A DNA stretch of 59,896 bases, filler included, from Dirinaria sp. TL-2023a (GCA_051941275.1; 8 parts of 8 records of this genome joined end to end with filler, not necessarily neighbours in it); one strand, 5' to 3'; counted from the whole stretch's first letter, positions 25,428 to 38,195 are shown. Notes: a model not told the origin generated them from the sequence alone. Translations and numbers: made by a program.

Positions 25428-26077
25428 CTGTGCAGTAAGGTACCTAGTGGCAGAGTCCCGTCTTCCGAGCCGTTTTGCAACGAAGGTGCCACGGGCGCTA
25501 GTAAAGGAGGTGGGGGAAGCCCACCTACCTCACGTACCTTATCCACGGCTCGAATGGTTTCGGTTAAGGCGGAGAGAGATACCGGGGAAAGAGACGCCTC
25601 GGGATCATGCTACTACTGTAGCAGGTAAAGGCTACTGTGCCTTATTCGTAGTCCGTGCAGCTACATAAAGTATGTACTTTAATTGAGAGAGAGGCAAAGT
25701 TCGCTTACAATAAATGCGTTACATAGGTAAGTTAAGATACCTTACATACATGTACTTATACTACCTAAGGTAGGTACGAGTACATGTAAAGTAAGGTAGG
25801 TAGTCAGCAATTGCCGATTCTCTTGGCCGGATCCCAGATCTTGCTTTATCGAGATTCTCCGCATTGCTTTCATGCACCACCTAACAACCGGATATCCAAT
25901 CCAATCCAATCCAATTAGACTTCCCTCCAATTGTGCCCGGGGCACACGATCACTTGCCTTTTTCTACCGACAGCTGTACTGCCGTTTCCTGAATTCCCCC
26001 AACTTCGTGAATGGTTTGCAGCGCTTCGTACAAACGCTGCAGCTCTCTGCCATGGTCAGAGAACGGATACAAAGGAG

Positions 26078-28879
26078 ATGAAATTCGGTGATACCCTTCG
26101 TGAGAGATCAATCCCCCAGTGGGCATACCGTGAGTGCAAATCCAGATCTTCAGTAGTGTCCGAGAGAGCTCACTAATTGGCTTACTCCAGACAACGTCGA
26201 TTACGATGACCTCAAACAAGCAATCAGAAATCACACGACCCCATCAGACAATCAGCCCCGGCTCATTCCGGGAGTGGCAAGTAAAGCAGACACCTTGGGA
26301 GGATTCGAGGACAGACTTTATACCAAATTGTCCAACGAGCACGAGCGTGTGGACCTGTTCGTGCGAAGTAAGACTGGCGAGTTAACGAGAAGGTTGGGTA
26401 AGTATATCCACAGACGATCAATGCCCGTAGTGATTAACAGTGGTAGATCACCTTGAAAAAGTACTTGCACAATTGAACCAGCGCTTCCCCGTATCGGGCC
26501 GGAGAAAATTATCGGTGCGGTGCGTAGAACGCTATTCGAAACTTGAAGATGCGGCGTTGCAGTATGTAAGATAATACTGGTGGAAGCAGCATAGCTAACA
26601 CGGTGGTCTACAGGGCGGGACAGGAATTAGAGCAACTTGACCGATTCGTTAGGGTCAATCGCCAGGCTTTCCGCAAGATACTCAAAAAGTACATGAAGTG
26701 GACTGACTCGCCCGACCTGGAACAGCGCTTCAAGGACAATGTTCTTTCTCGTCCATCCAGTCTCGCTAACAGGAGCTTTATTCCTGCACTGGCTCACTAC
26801 AAGGAGATTTTAGCAGGGATAACGGCATCCTCGTCTCCTACAACGCCCATTAAGCCCTCAAAACTTCCAAGCTCGGGTAAATACAGCGAGCGTGAAAACA
26901 TCAAGAAGTCATTTTCCTCTATCGCTAGCAACATACAGTATGTGTACGAACACGGGACCGAGATCGAATTCGATACCATTCTGGCTGTGTTAGATCTGGG
27001 TCATAACGCAGGCAGAGCATGCTATTGGGTTCATGTTGATAATTTGTTGCAGATCCAAGTCGTGCTACTACGATACATGAGGTCGCGCGCGAATCAGATC
27101 TGTACCTCAGTCCCCGCATCCTCAAATGTACAAGATTCAGGTAGAATCTTGCCGAATCGGTCTCCGTTAACCACAGGATCTCCATCAGAGAACGAGGTGT
27201 GCGTTGTCATTTGTGATGACATTGAAGACTTTACCAATCAGAAAAGCCGATTAACAATCAGTGATTCCGAAATCTCTTCTGGACCGCCTGCCGAGAGATC
27301 TGCAGCAAGTATTCGTCTTTCGGCGGATGGCAAAGCAGTCGCAGCGATCAGTTCTTCGCCAAGGGATGCTTACCCCTTGACGGACCTTAAGGCAGCCCCT
27401 TTGTGGCGGACAGCTAAATTCAAGGGCAAGTCTTTAGGGACCTTATTATCATACAATACACAATTAAATAATTGCTCGGCGCCAGCTGAGACCCCAGAAA
27501 GCCAACAAGTCAACGGCCTGGAAGTGATCCAGGATTTTGATGCGTGGAGTGCGGCTGGTCTCCCGAGTATTTCTCCTACCGATGCACAACGGTGGTTCCA
27601 GAACCGTGAGAAGGTTCGGCCTTTAGTAGAAATACATTCGAAACGCACTCGATTTGCCGGCATTCGCAATACGAAGTCTTCTGGTGTTTGGGCAACAATC
27701 GATACAGACATCATGATGGTTAAGTGTTCTGCGTCTTCACTTGCCAGCCGATATAACCGGCCTTACCCCACCGAAGATGCAAGTATACCTCGTGTACCGT
27801 TTCCGCATGCAATTTTAAATATACGCTTCGAAGGAGATGCTGATATGGTGCTGATTGAAAAGCTCAACTCGTCACATCTCGTTCAAAGGATACGCGGCTT
27901 CTCTCTGGACACTCACGCAGTGGCTACCTTGTATGAGCCGCCAGGTATGTCACCACCGTATTGGCTTCCACTGCTCAAACAAGACATTCGCAAATATCAA
28001 CGCGAGGGCGATGCATCAAGCCAATTGGCATTAAGCGCTCAACTGACGCCGCGTTCTGGAAGCACTCGCGCAAATTCCGAGACGACAATATCCGTTGGAG
28101 ATGGACTCACTGACAGCGGACTCTCTTCGCGATTGAGATCATCAGACACGTCGGTTCCAGATTTGTCAGAGCCAAGCCAAATTTCTGCTCTTAAGGCAAG
28201 GAAATTACGCAGTCAGTCCCGCAATACAAGGGTTCACGATCATTTACAACGCCAGAACGCGCGATATTGGAATGAATTTGACGACGGCTACAAGGGCACC
28301 GACGAGAATACCTACACCATTTTAATTGATCCTATCCAGCCAAGTACGTTTCCAGTCGCGAACGCGCTTGCACGAATTGCCAGGGTCTCCGTGCAGAAAG
28401 TTACGTCGTTTCTTTATCACCACCAACCGATTGACCTTGAACGCCGACCCTTGCTTGAAGATCAGCATGCTGGCACACGCTCCAGCAGTGACGAATCTGG
28501 CCTAGAAGAAGGCAACGCAACACCTGCCACCCGAACTCGTAGCCGTCAGGCGCTTCGCTCTTACAAAAGCCCACTAGTCCGGGTCTGTACCACCCGCGAT
28601 ACCTACCTGACCAGCCTCTGTATCGCATGTTTCGTCTTGTCATTTGTGTTGCTGTTCATGGAAGTGATCCTTGTGAATACTAGTCGGAGAAAAGCCATTC
28701 CGGAATCTGATATCGGAGTCCTAGTGGGTGTAATCTTCAGCTTGGTGCTTGGTGTTGGCGGGCTTGGAGCTCCAGCTGCGAGGGAAGAGAGGTTTGGTTG
28801 GGCGTGGTGGCTTGTGGTGGTTCTGTTAGCGGCCGTAGTATTTACAGGCAATGGGCTTTTGTTGACTGTGGTCCTTTGA
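26078..28879 (+). CDS. SPX + VTC-domain membrane protein (Vtc5-like)
   Basis: Spliced N-terminus MKFGDTL...W..|.NVDYDDLK and FRKILKKYMKW (SPX domain). Central YWVHVDNL, FPHAIL and IRGFSLDTHAVA, then RYWNEFDDG and three C-terminal hydrophobic helices. Confidence 0.85.
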
Positions 28880-29280
28880 ACCCCGGCCTTCAATTTAGGC
28901 GGTATTGGGAGGAGGTAACGGTATAACTGCAAGCCTATACCTTAAGTAAGCTAAAACATAGCTTACCCTTGACCCTAGGGCTTATTGTTCAAATCCAGAT
29001 TAAACGACGCTGGCGAGTCCATATAATGAGGTCCATACACCATGATAACTCGAGTTTCGTGTTATTATTTGATCTTCTGACTTGCAAAATGCTTGTTGCT
29101 CGCTGCGAGATGCTCGGCGAGACAAGATGCTCACTCATTCCCGATGCTCGCAATCGGGCCTGAAAGTGCCTACAATCGCAGATGTTTGCTGACTTGACGT
29201 GGATGAGAGATATCTCAATCTGGGACTCGATTTCAACCAAGACTTGATCTACAAGGATTGTAAGCAGAGCAGTTGATGAA

Positions 29281-30004
29281 ATATGCGTATGTAGGCAATA
29301 TGAATAGCATTGAGAAAGGAAAGATCTATGACAGATGAACTACATACATATGAAATCGATGACGACTAATTCGCATATCAAGGAAATATCGATTTATGAT
29401 ATGACTGATTTCAACACATTTTCATCAGTCGAACATAGATTGATTCGTTTCGAAACAGATGCTGATTTGAAAATGTATGCAATCGTTTTCATTTGAATTA
29501 TTTTTTGAATCGTTTATTGTCTGCATGTAATTCATTTTTTGTGTGTGTGTCATGCGCTGCCCCGGGGGGTCCCCGGGTGGCGGGCGCATGCCAAGTCCTA
29601 GTACATATAGGTGGTAATAGTAGTTGATTATTCCAGTTGGAATAATTACTGTGGTCTTTTGACCCAGGTAAACCTAGCAAGCACTATTACCCTTGACTAG
29701 TCGGCTTTACAGTGTGTGTCATATAATTCATCTTTTTCTCATTTTTTTATTGTATCTAATTAAAAACGTTTGCACATGTTTAACATGTTGAAAAATCGCT
29801 CGAATTGAATTCTCTCGAGCGATTTGATAAGATCGTCGACGATCATTTCGTTCGTGAAACAATAAATAATATTAATGACATCGAATTATATTTGTTCACG
29901 CATATAATGTCATTGAACGTCGATATGTTTTGTTCTAATGGAAAATTTAAAATTTTTCGATAAATGAATCGCGATCTGGTTATCTGTTTTAATAATGATC
30001 GATT
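29281..30004. mobile_element. AT-rich, heavily mutated repeat/TE relic
   Basis: Abrupt drop in GC, no ORFs, strong CC/GG depletion, and it runs to the contig end. Confidence 0.55.
29548..29711. mobile_element. Putative 164-bp solo LTR
   Basis: TGTCA...TTACA termini with GTGTG on both sides (29543-29547 and 29712-29716). GC-richer than its flanks. Confidence 0.55.
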
Positions 30005-30104
30005 NNNNNNNNNNNNNNNNNNNNNNNNNNNNNNNNNNNNNNNNNNNNTTAATTAATTAANNNNNNNNNNNNNNNNNNNNNNNNNNNNNNNNNNNNNNNN
30101 NNNN
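30005..30104. other. Artificial contig linker
   Basis: N44-TTAATTAATTAA-N44. Confidence 0.99.
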
Positions 30105-30417
30105 GACTATAGCTCTTGCTATCGAGTGGACTAAGGGAACTGTCTGGATATTCCATATACATTTAGGCCCGAAACACGCGTCAATCTGGCTTACAATTTG
30201 CGCTCACAATTTAGACTCTTGAGTGCCCATGAAAATTCTAGCCGATCTATTAATTACCCTTATTATCTAGACTGCCTCTATGTATGCAATGTCTATACCT
30301 GTAGGTCAGCTTCTATAACACTTGATACTCTGTAGGTAGATCCCATCGCCGAATATATCTCATGCAATCTACTGCCACCTTGCATCATGCTCAATGCAGC
30401 ACACTCATAAGAAGATC

Positions 30418-31428
30418 TCAAGACGTTTCGTGGCGGCTCATCATCGTCCTCCTCAACCGTCCATTAACCACACCGCCAACCCCGAAGGCAGGCACGATTC
30501 TGGCCATGCGAGCAAGACTACTCCCAAGCCAGTCCCTGCCCACGCGCCCTAGTCGCTGACTCCAACTCATGCCGGATCGGTTGTAGAGATCCAACCCCCA
30601 CAAATGCAGAGGTGTGCTGAGTAACTGTATACCAGCCGGTGCAAGGAATTGTGCCGCACTTGCTCTTGATATCTGCTGCTCCACTCTCTCGGATAAGGGA
30701 AGTAAAGGCGCGATTAAGGGTGGGAGGTTGAAGGAAGCGAACACAGTCATAGAATCCCTTAGGGCAAAGAGGGCATAACTCGTCAAAGGGACAGGCCTCC
30801 GGGGAAGGGTAGATGAGATTCGAGGGCCGAATAGGCGAGTGAATTGGGAATCCTTGTATAAACATAGACTCATGTTGGCACTGCTTGTTGCGAGAAACTT
30901 TGTGGGTCCAGCGGTTGTGGTCTCGGGTCCCTTATTATGGACAATACTGGAAACGGTATCGACGGTGTTCGCGGTGGCATATGTACCAAAGTAAAGGCAA
31001 TAGATGAGGAGGAATGGCCGACTGGTCAGAAAGATATGGGGTTGAGTGACAAGTGATCGTAGGGAGGAAACGAGTGAAGTGCGGAGTGGGGCGCGACCAG
31101 AGGCATTTTCAATAATAGCCCTAGAGAGAACCTCGTATCAGCACAGCCATATCAAGTAGGAGTATGTTGGGCGCGTAAAGGCCAGTAAAGGAGCTCTGGG
31201 TGAAGCGTACCGGTCAATGATGGTGATAAAGGGCGAGACCAGGCCAGATGCGCAGCCAGCAGCCGCAGCATCGGATGTCAACCGCCAGGGAGTATTCTGA
31301 GTGTTCCATTGACGTTTTCTCGGTGGTAGCGCTTTTGATTCGATAATGCTCGGGTTGGAAGTGATATGCGTGATAGGGCTTTCGCCAAAGGTTTCTTGAA
31401 GACCGTTCCGGTCAACTTTGCGGGTCAT
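30418..31428 (-). CDS. Fungal membrane protein, mitochondrial-carrier-like
   Basis: Two exons: ...LVSPFITIIDR|AIIENASGR...YFGTYATANTVD...RDSMTVFASFNLP...QLLSTPLHLWGLDLYNR...RMARIVPAFGVGGVVN. Pro-kinked helices resemble degenerate carrier motifs. Confidence 0.75.
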
Positions 31429-31766
31429 TATATGGAGCCATCCCCTGATATCATGATTTATTCGAGGTTGAAGTCGAGAAAAGGGACGTGTAGAGTGTTG
31501 TGAAGATGGAAGAACGTCTTCTAGAGGAATTTGTGCTGACCAACAGGAAAAAAATAAAATGCATCACTTTCACTTTTCGGCGCCGAGGAGCCGCCGCGGA
31601 AATCCACGCTAACTGGAAAAGAAATTTAGTGCCCGCGACATCGGACCTCGGAGGCTCGGACACGCCTCCGGGTAAGAAACCCCCTGACCGCAACCTGATG
31701 AAATAATAATAATGAGAAATGCAAATTGAAAATCAGCTTCAAAGTATCGATATGATGTCAGGCGAG

Positions 31767-33283
31767 CTAGATGGCAGCCGCGGAAAACGCGTTACTCTGC
31801 GGTTGATCGCGAACGACAGCATCGAAATTGCCCTCTGGTGCTAGCTTCACTGCTCCAGCTTGGACAAGCTGATCGGGGTCAGCAAAATCTATCAGATCCT
31901 GGGTAGGAAGGCTTACAGCTGTACTGAGATCGTCGATCAGATCATCCACATCTTCAATGCCCACACATAATCTTATAATGTCTTCTGGCAGCGCCCTCTC
32001 CTTTCTCGTCTGCGCATCAATGCTCGCATGACTCATCCGGCATGGCATACTAATCAAGCTGTTGACACAGCCAAAGCTGACACTGATTGCCCACAATTTG
32101 GCCGACTCGACGATTCGCTCGCTGATATTGATGTCGCCAGTCTCGAAGGACAATACGGCCCCAGCGCCTCGTGCCATTGAATGATGCAACCTATACTGAG
32201 GATGCGATTTCAAACCCGGATATCGTACCTTGAAACCGTGGTTTTCCAGGAACTCCGCTATCCGTTGTGCATTAGTCTGCTGTTGCTCCAAACGGACCTT
32301 CAGTGTCTTGACCCCTCGCATCAGCAACCAGGAGTCAAATGGCGACAGACCACAGCCGGAGGCGTTGATGGTAAAGTATAACTTTTCCCCAAGCGCACTG
32401 CTATTGACGGCAAGTACGCCTGCCATGAGGTCATGGTGTCCTGAGAGATATTTCGTCCCGCTCTCGTACACGATATCTGCACCAAGATCTAGCGGATTTT
32501 GTAGAAGCGGCGAAAGCATGGTGTTATCCACTGATACCAAAGCGTTAGGATTGGCTTCGTGGGCATAGCGAGAGATTGTCGGTATATCCACAATCTTAAT
32601 CAGCGGATTGGTAGGGGTTTCGAGGATGACCATGGCAGTCTTCGGTCCCAGAACTTTCTTCACTGTCTCCGCATCGGTGGTATCTACGTGATGAACAGTG
32701 ATTCCACCATTAGTCGCAAGATACTTCAACAATCGGTTGGTCCCTCCATAGAGATCGTCTCCTGTTACGACCTCATCACCGGGTCGTAGAAGTCGAGTGA
32801 TCACGTCCAGCGCAGCCATGCCAGACCCGACAACTAGAGCTCTTTCGGCAGACATAATCTTCGCAAGATGTCGCTCGAGGTGTGTCCGTGTAGGGTTGCC
32901 AGATCTTGTATAGTCGTACTCCCCTGCTGGTTCGCCTGGCCTTTGTTTGAACGTAGCGGACTACAACTCAGTACTGTTAGCGAATACTATAGAAATCTCA
33001 ACGCAGCATCTGAGCTGCCACAATGCGCCAAAGCCCTTGTGGAGCGACGTCCTTGAAGATCTCGTACCTGGTAGATCGGTGTACTGCTGGCATTGTACTG
33101 ATCATTGCCTTCGGTATAGACTAGCTCTGTTGCGAAAGCGTATCTTCTGCCATTGCGCGGGCTCGAAGGAGCCGGTGACGGCGGCAGATCATGCCCGTCC
33201 AAATCGATCTTCGAGAAAGGCTTTCTCGTAGAAGGCACCCTCTGCGAGGGCAGCTCTGGGTCATTATTGCTGAACTTGGACAT
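31767..33283 (-). CDS. STR3: Cystathionine beta-lyase (Cys/Met metabolism, PLP-dependent)
   Basis: Three exons. Motifs STPIYQ|SATFKQ, YDYTRSGNPTR, GSGMAA, ETPTNP, DNTM, the PLP lysine motif SGTKYLSGHHDLMAG, ISVSFG and RLCVGIED. Same family as A. nidulans metG. Confidence 0.93.
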
Positions 33284-33564
33284 GGTGAAAATGAAGAGAT
33301 GGAGAAGCGGTGTATGGTGGAGGATTTCTGCCTTCAGCTGAATCTTTGTAGTCGCTTTTGTTTGATTTGATGATTGCGCTGATTTTCACGCTTAGACGCC
33401 AACATGCAAAGGTTTGACTGTGAAATCGCAAATACGGGAAATCGCCAATAGATGTGAAAAGCGCAAAGTCAAGTACTGGGCAATCGCGAATAGAATGCCT
33501 TAATTTTCATTGTGTTTGAGAATAATGATCGAAGATTCATGTGTCTTATTTTACCACTAGCGAA

Positions 33565-33574
33565 ATGGCGTCAT
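33565..33574. promoter_or_regulatory. CYS-3/MetR-type bZIP site
   Basis: ATGGCGTCAT matches the Neurospora CYS-3 consensus ATGRYRYCAT and lies about 280 bp upstream of the cystathionine beta-lyase ATG. Confidence 0.5.
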
Positions 33575-33915
33575 CCGATACAGGAGCGAAAATCGGGTCC
33601 CTGAAGCTAAACCGAATTCACGGCCGCGGAGAGCCCAGCAGTAGAGTAAGGTATGTTAAGACCACAGATCCCCTCGATCACTCAGTAGCTATTAGTATTA
33701 CGGAAGCGGACGGGGAAATGAAAAATCTCATCGATCACAGACTCTTCGACCTCACGGATCTGTGAATGGTATTGTCGTTTGAAAATCAGTTCTCTGAGCC
33801 CTTGTACTTCCGGCTGGGGCTACATAAACTTCCATGTAGCTCGAACCCCTAAAGACTACCATGGCGCCTGCTGACTTGAGCGTCCACCCGAACGCCTAGA
33901 GAAAGAAACATCTGC

Positions 33916-35626
33916 TCAGGCCTCTTCACTCATCGCACGCTGCTGCTTCTTCATCAATGTCTCTGCAACCTTACAGTAAAAATGCGCAGCATGGTTTCTC
34001 GAAAAGGTGATCTCTTCCGTCAAATAGTCGGGCATCAGCTGCAGAATATCCCGATCCCGGTTCGTATCAAGCAGTGGCGTATACGTGACCTCGGCATCGT
34101 CGTATGCTGTGTCGGCATCGTTCGAAATCGCAATCTTGAAATGGAGCGCTGCGGATGAGTCTGTCAGTGGGGTCATTGCTGTAAATCAGCTTGCAAATAA
34201 CTTACTGCCGTTTCGGCCGGTTTGAATACAGTCATATACATTCTCCTCCTCTCCCTTTTCCACTCCTCTCAGCAGCAGTCCGGTGAGGTCGCTGTACAGG
34301 TCTTCCTTCAATTGTGCGATCTGCGCAGCTTGCGCAGCTTCAGCGCTACCCACCATGACTGTTCGGACTTGGCCTTTTCCTTTGACAGCACTGCCCGGAG
34401 CTTTGCTACCCTGGATGCTTTCAACAACCGGTGGAGCGCTACGGACATTTGCAAGTTTAGCCTGAAGTGCCTTATTCTCATTCTGTGCTTCCGTGAGCGA
34501 GGCGTTTAAGAGGTCGATCTTTGCATTGGCGTTCACAAGGTCATTGTCTTTGGTCTCGATTTGCTTGCTAAGTAGCCTTGATTCTTGAGCCAAGGCTTTC
34601 TGCGCAGCCACATCTTTCTTCAGCGATGCTATGAGATCATTTGCAGCTGTACATCATGGTCAGTCTCGACAATTGACTGATTGGGTAGGGTCGAGATGCA
34701 CCTTTAGTCTTAGCTTCCGAAGACGCCTTGAGTTTCTCGAAATTGGCCTTTGCCTCTTCAATACCGGTTTCCTTGAGATTGTTGTACTTCATTTCAAGGT
34801 TCTCAAATTTCTTAGTGACATCTCCTAGCTTTCTTCTGAGGGCAGGATCGCTGGTAGTCCGTTCCGTATCGGACGCGCTACCTGCACGTCTTCGAGTTAC
34901 AGCGGGCTGCCGAGGTTTCGAACCTGCCCCGAAATTGCTGGTTTGGCGATATACCGACTGGGGTATGACATCTTCATCCATAGGTAGGCTGGATGGTGCG
35001 ATATCCATTGGCTCCTCCTGAGTTTCGGGTATTTCCTTCGCCCTTTGGGGCCGTCCAACAGCAGCCTTCTGGGCAGCAACCGCAGGCTTAGCATTGGATT
35101 TGCTCTGACGGGCGACAGTGGGTGTATATTCAAACTCTCCATCCTTTTCAGAGGGTTTCGATTGAAGTTCGGGCTCTTTCTCGGCTTGCCTCTTACCTTT
35201 GGCCGCTGGTTTTCGCTTCGCGGGCTGTTTTTTGGCCGGCTGCTCATCCATTGAGACATCCTCTGTGGGTTCGACATCTTCAGTTGCATGAGCACCAAAC
35301 TCGTCCACCTCTTCCGTATCGCTTCCGTGTTGAACGTTAGTTTGTTCCTTCAGCGGCTCTCTCTTGCCGACACCTTTTTTTCTGGGCACTGCCTTCTTCT
35401 TGCCCACGCCAGCTCCTCCACTAGCTCGTCGCGCCGGAGCTTTTGCTTTTGAAAACCTTGCGCCCGCAGCTTTAGTCCTTGGCCGCCCTTTTTTCGCTGG
35501 TGCGGTGTTATTTTCTTGGTTGGAGTCCGGAGCGGTAAAGGCTGCTGAACCAGCATTGTCCAGCTCGTCGTCCATGTCGGAGTCGACCATAGCGGAGAGC
35601 GTTGTAATTGGCTTAGCTTTAGGCAT
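33916..35626 (-). CDS. CSM1: Monopolin subunit Csm1/Pcs1
   Basis: Three exons. Basic disordered N-terminus, a coiled coil, then LKEDLYSDLTGL, YDCIQTGRNG|.LHFK, YTPLLD and PDYLTEEITF. Confidence 0.85.
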
Positions 35627-35881
35627 AATGAAATATGAGGGACAGCTCAATTAGCAAATGTTTCCATGAATTGACATTGATGGTAGAGGTTGCTAATAAT
35701 TATTGTTTACTCCCGAACAACAACGCGGTGCCGATTAGACTAAGGACAGGACGCGATTTAGCGTGGTTCGGGTTTAGCGTCAAAATTACCCACGGGAGTG
35801 ACGTTTTGTGACTGCTTTCTTTAGCCTGCTCTGTTAGCAGTTGCAACCACGCAATTGATCCTCCCCACAATCCATTTGAAG

Positions 35882-37171
35882 ATGTCAAGTGGTCGAAAGC
35901 TTGGACTACTGCAAGATCTCATTCTAATAGCAGCTGCTGTATGTATCGAACCCTTAATTCTAGCCCAACTAGGAACCGATATCCTTGCTAACTAAATCCA
36001 CTTATAGAACGTTTCCGTCTACTACCTAGTTCGCTACGCCCTCTCTCGAGTCGAAGCTCAAGGCTCCAAAGAGGAAGAAAGCAAGCGCTCTGCCGCCGCA
36101 GCCGTCCTTCGCCGTCTAGACCGCACCGCCTCGGATGAGGAGCTCTCCAACGACGATGGCCGCAGCCGACGCTCAAGAAAGGAAGACCTGGTCCTCAACC
36201 AGTACGAGCAAGCCGTGGCCATGGACGTCGTTGCACCGGAAGACATCCCGGTAACATTCGAAGACATCGGGGGACTGACGGCCATAATCTCTGAACTGAA
36301 AGAATCCGTCATCTACCCACTGACGATGCCGCACCTGTACAGCAGCACGTCGTCGCTGCTCTCGGCGCCCTCGGGCGTGCTCCTCTACGGCCCGCCCGGG
36401 TGCGGCAAAACGATGCTGGCGAAAGCCCTCGCGCACGAATCCGGCGCCACCTTCATCAACCTGCACATCTCGACGCTGACGGAGAAATGGTACGGCGACA
36501 GCAACAAGCTCGTCAACGCCGTGTTCTCGCTCGCGGGCAAGCTGCAGCCGAGCATCGTCTTCATCGACGAGATTGACGCCGTGCTGGGCACGCGCAGGAG
36601 CGGGGAGCACGAGGCGAGCGGGATGGTGAAAGCGGAGTTCATGACGCTGTGGGACGGGCTGACGAGCGCGAACACGAGGGGGGAACCTCAACGGATCCTG
36701 GTTCTCGGGGCCACGAACCGCATTCAAGACATCGACGAAGCCATCCTTCGACGCATGCCCAAGAAATTCGCGGTGTCCTTACCAAACGCCCAACAGCGGT
36801 TACGCATCATGGGATTAATACTAAAAGATACGCGGATCGACAAAGAAAAATTCGACCTCGAATATCTCGTCCGAGTCACGGCGGGCATGTCAGGCAGCGA
36901 CATCAAAGAGGCGTGTCGGGACGCGGCCATGGTCCCCGTCCGCGACTTCATACGCAAGAACCAGGCGGAAGGGAAGAGGATGGATGCTGTGGATGCGAGC
37001 GACGTGAGGGGGTTGAGGACGAGCGACTTCTTCGGGTCCGCTGGTGGGATGAAGATCGCTGCGTCGCAGACGAGGGCTGCGAAAAAGGACAGCGATGGCT
37101 TTGTGACCGAGAGCGAGAGCGCGGAAGAAGAAGAGGTGGATGGGAGCGATACGGAACAGAGCATGGACTGA
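35882..37171 (+). CDS. MSP1: Membrane-anchored AAA ATPase Msp1/ATAD1
   Basis: A short first exon and an intron give the N-terminal anchor. LNQYEQ...VTFEDIGGL, Walker A GPPGCGKT, pore loop EKWYGDS, Walker B FIDEID, KAEFMTLWDGL and AILRRMP. Confidence 0.95.
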
Positions 37172-37500
37172 CTACCTAGATTCCAGTAAGATACCTACGA
37201 TTTGATGATACCCCCACCGGCTACTTAATGTGCGAGAATAAAGAAGGCCATGCATGGAACATTGGCGTTGAGGATTGGGATCTATGTATTTCCATCTGGC
37301 ACAAAAAAAAATTAAATGGGTTCAGGGACTTTGAAGTGCGAAGATCTGTTATATAGAAATCCCTATTTTTTTCCTCATCTTCCCTTCCCCCTTAGAATAA
37401 TCCGATCTAATCCTGACCCTCTCTTGTATAGCTCTTCACTTGTGATCTGACTTCGATGGTAATTGGTGATATATTTGCTCAAGACAGGAGGCATAACAAC

Positions 37501-37600
37501 NNNNNNNNNNNNNNNNNNNNNNNNNNNNNNNNNNNNNNNNNNNNTTAATTAATTAANNNNNNNNNNNNNNNNNNNNNNNNNNNNNNNNNNNNNNNNNNNN
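37501..37600. other. Artificial contig linker
   Basis: N44-TTAATTAATTAA-N44. Confidence 0.99.
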
Positions 37601-38195
37601 ACCCTACCTAGCTGCTATAGCGGTATACTCGTACTCGTACACCGGCTCCTCATTCGGGAATTTTATGACGCTTTGGTTGGCTGATTTGGCGCCATCCTGG
37701 GACGGGGTTTCAAAAAGCACGAAAACTTTACATCCTCTCTACGGCATGCTCTGCTCTTTAGTCGAGTGAAGAGTTTCAAGATTCGAGTGAACTTTTTTTT
37801 CACAGGAAAAAAAAAGAAAAAGGCTTGTTTTGGGAATTCTGGATCCTAAGGGCGTGATTTTCTTTTGCTTATAAGATGGATTTGACATAATATACGGTAT
37901 TATTGGAGACCAAGGATTGGATTTGGAACTATTGAATGAGTAAGATACCATTGGGGGACTTGCCTTGTGTAGAAATGTTACTGCTGCCATCGGTTCTGTG
38001 CCAGCTCATGGGTCGAGAGACCGTGTTTTCTTCTTCGAATCAATATGTTTTCACTTAGATGGCGTGTGTGCTAGCGCAAGAAAGAGCTTAATGTATGTTG
38101 AGCTTAAGTTGAAGTTATGTAGGGTTTATTGTGACAATGGAAATTAAGTTAACAGAATGCCCTCAAAACTAGCGTTACGTGGTTGGAAGTCGCAG

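Noticed and set aside
36173..37179. Long antisense and alternative-frame ORFs over MSP1 (similar ones overlap MPP10, YTP1 and the ADF-H gene)
   Set aside because: Shadow ORFs caused by GC-rich codon usage of the real gene.
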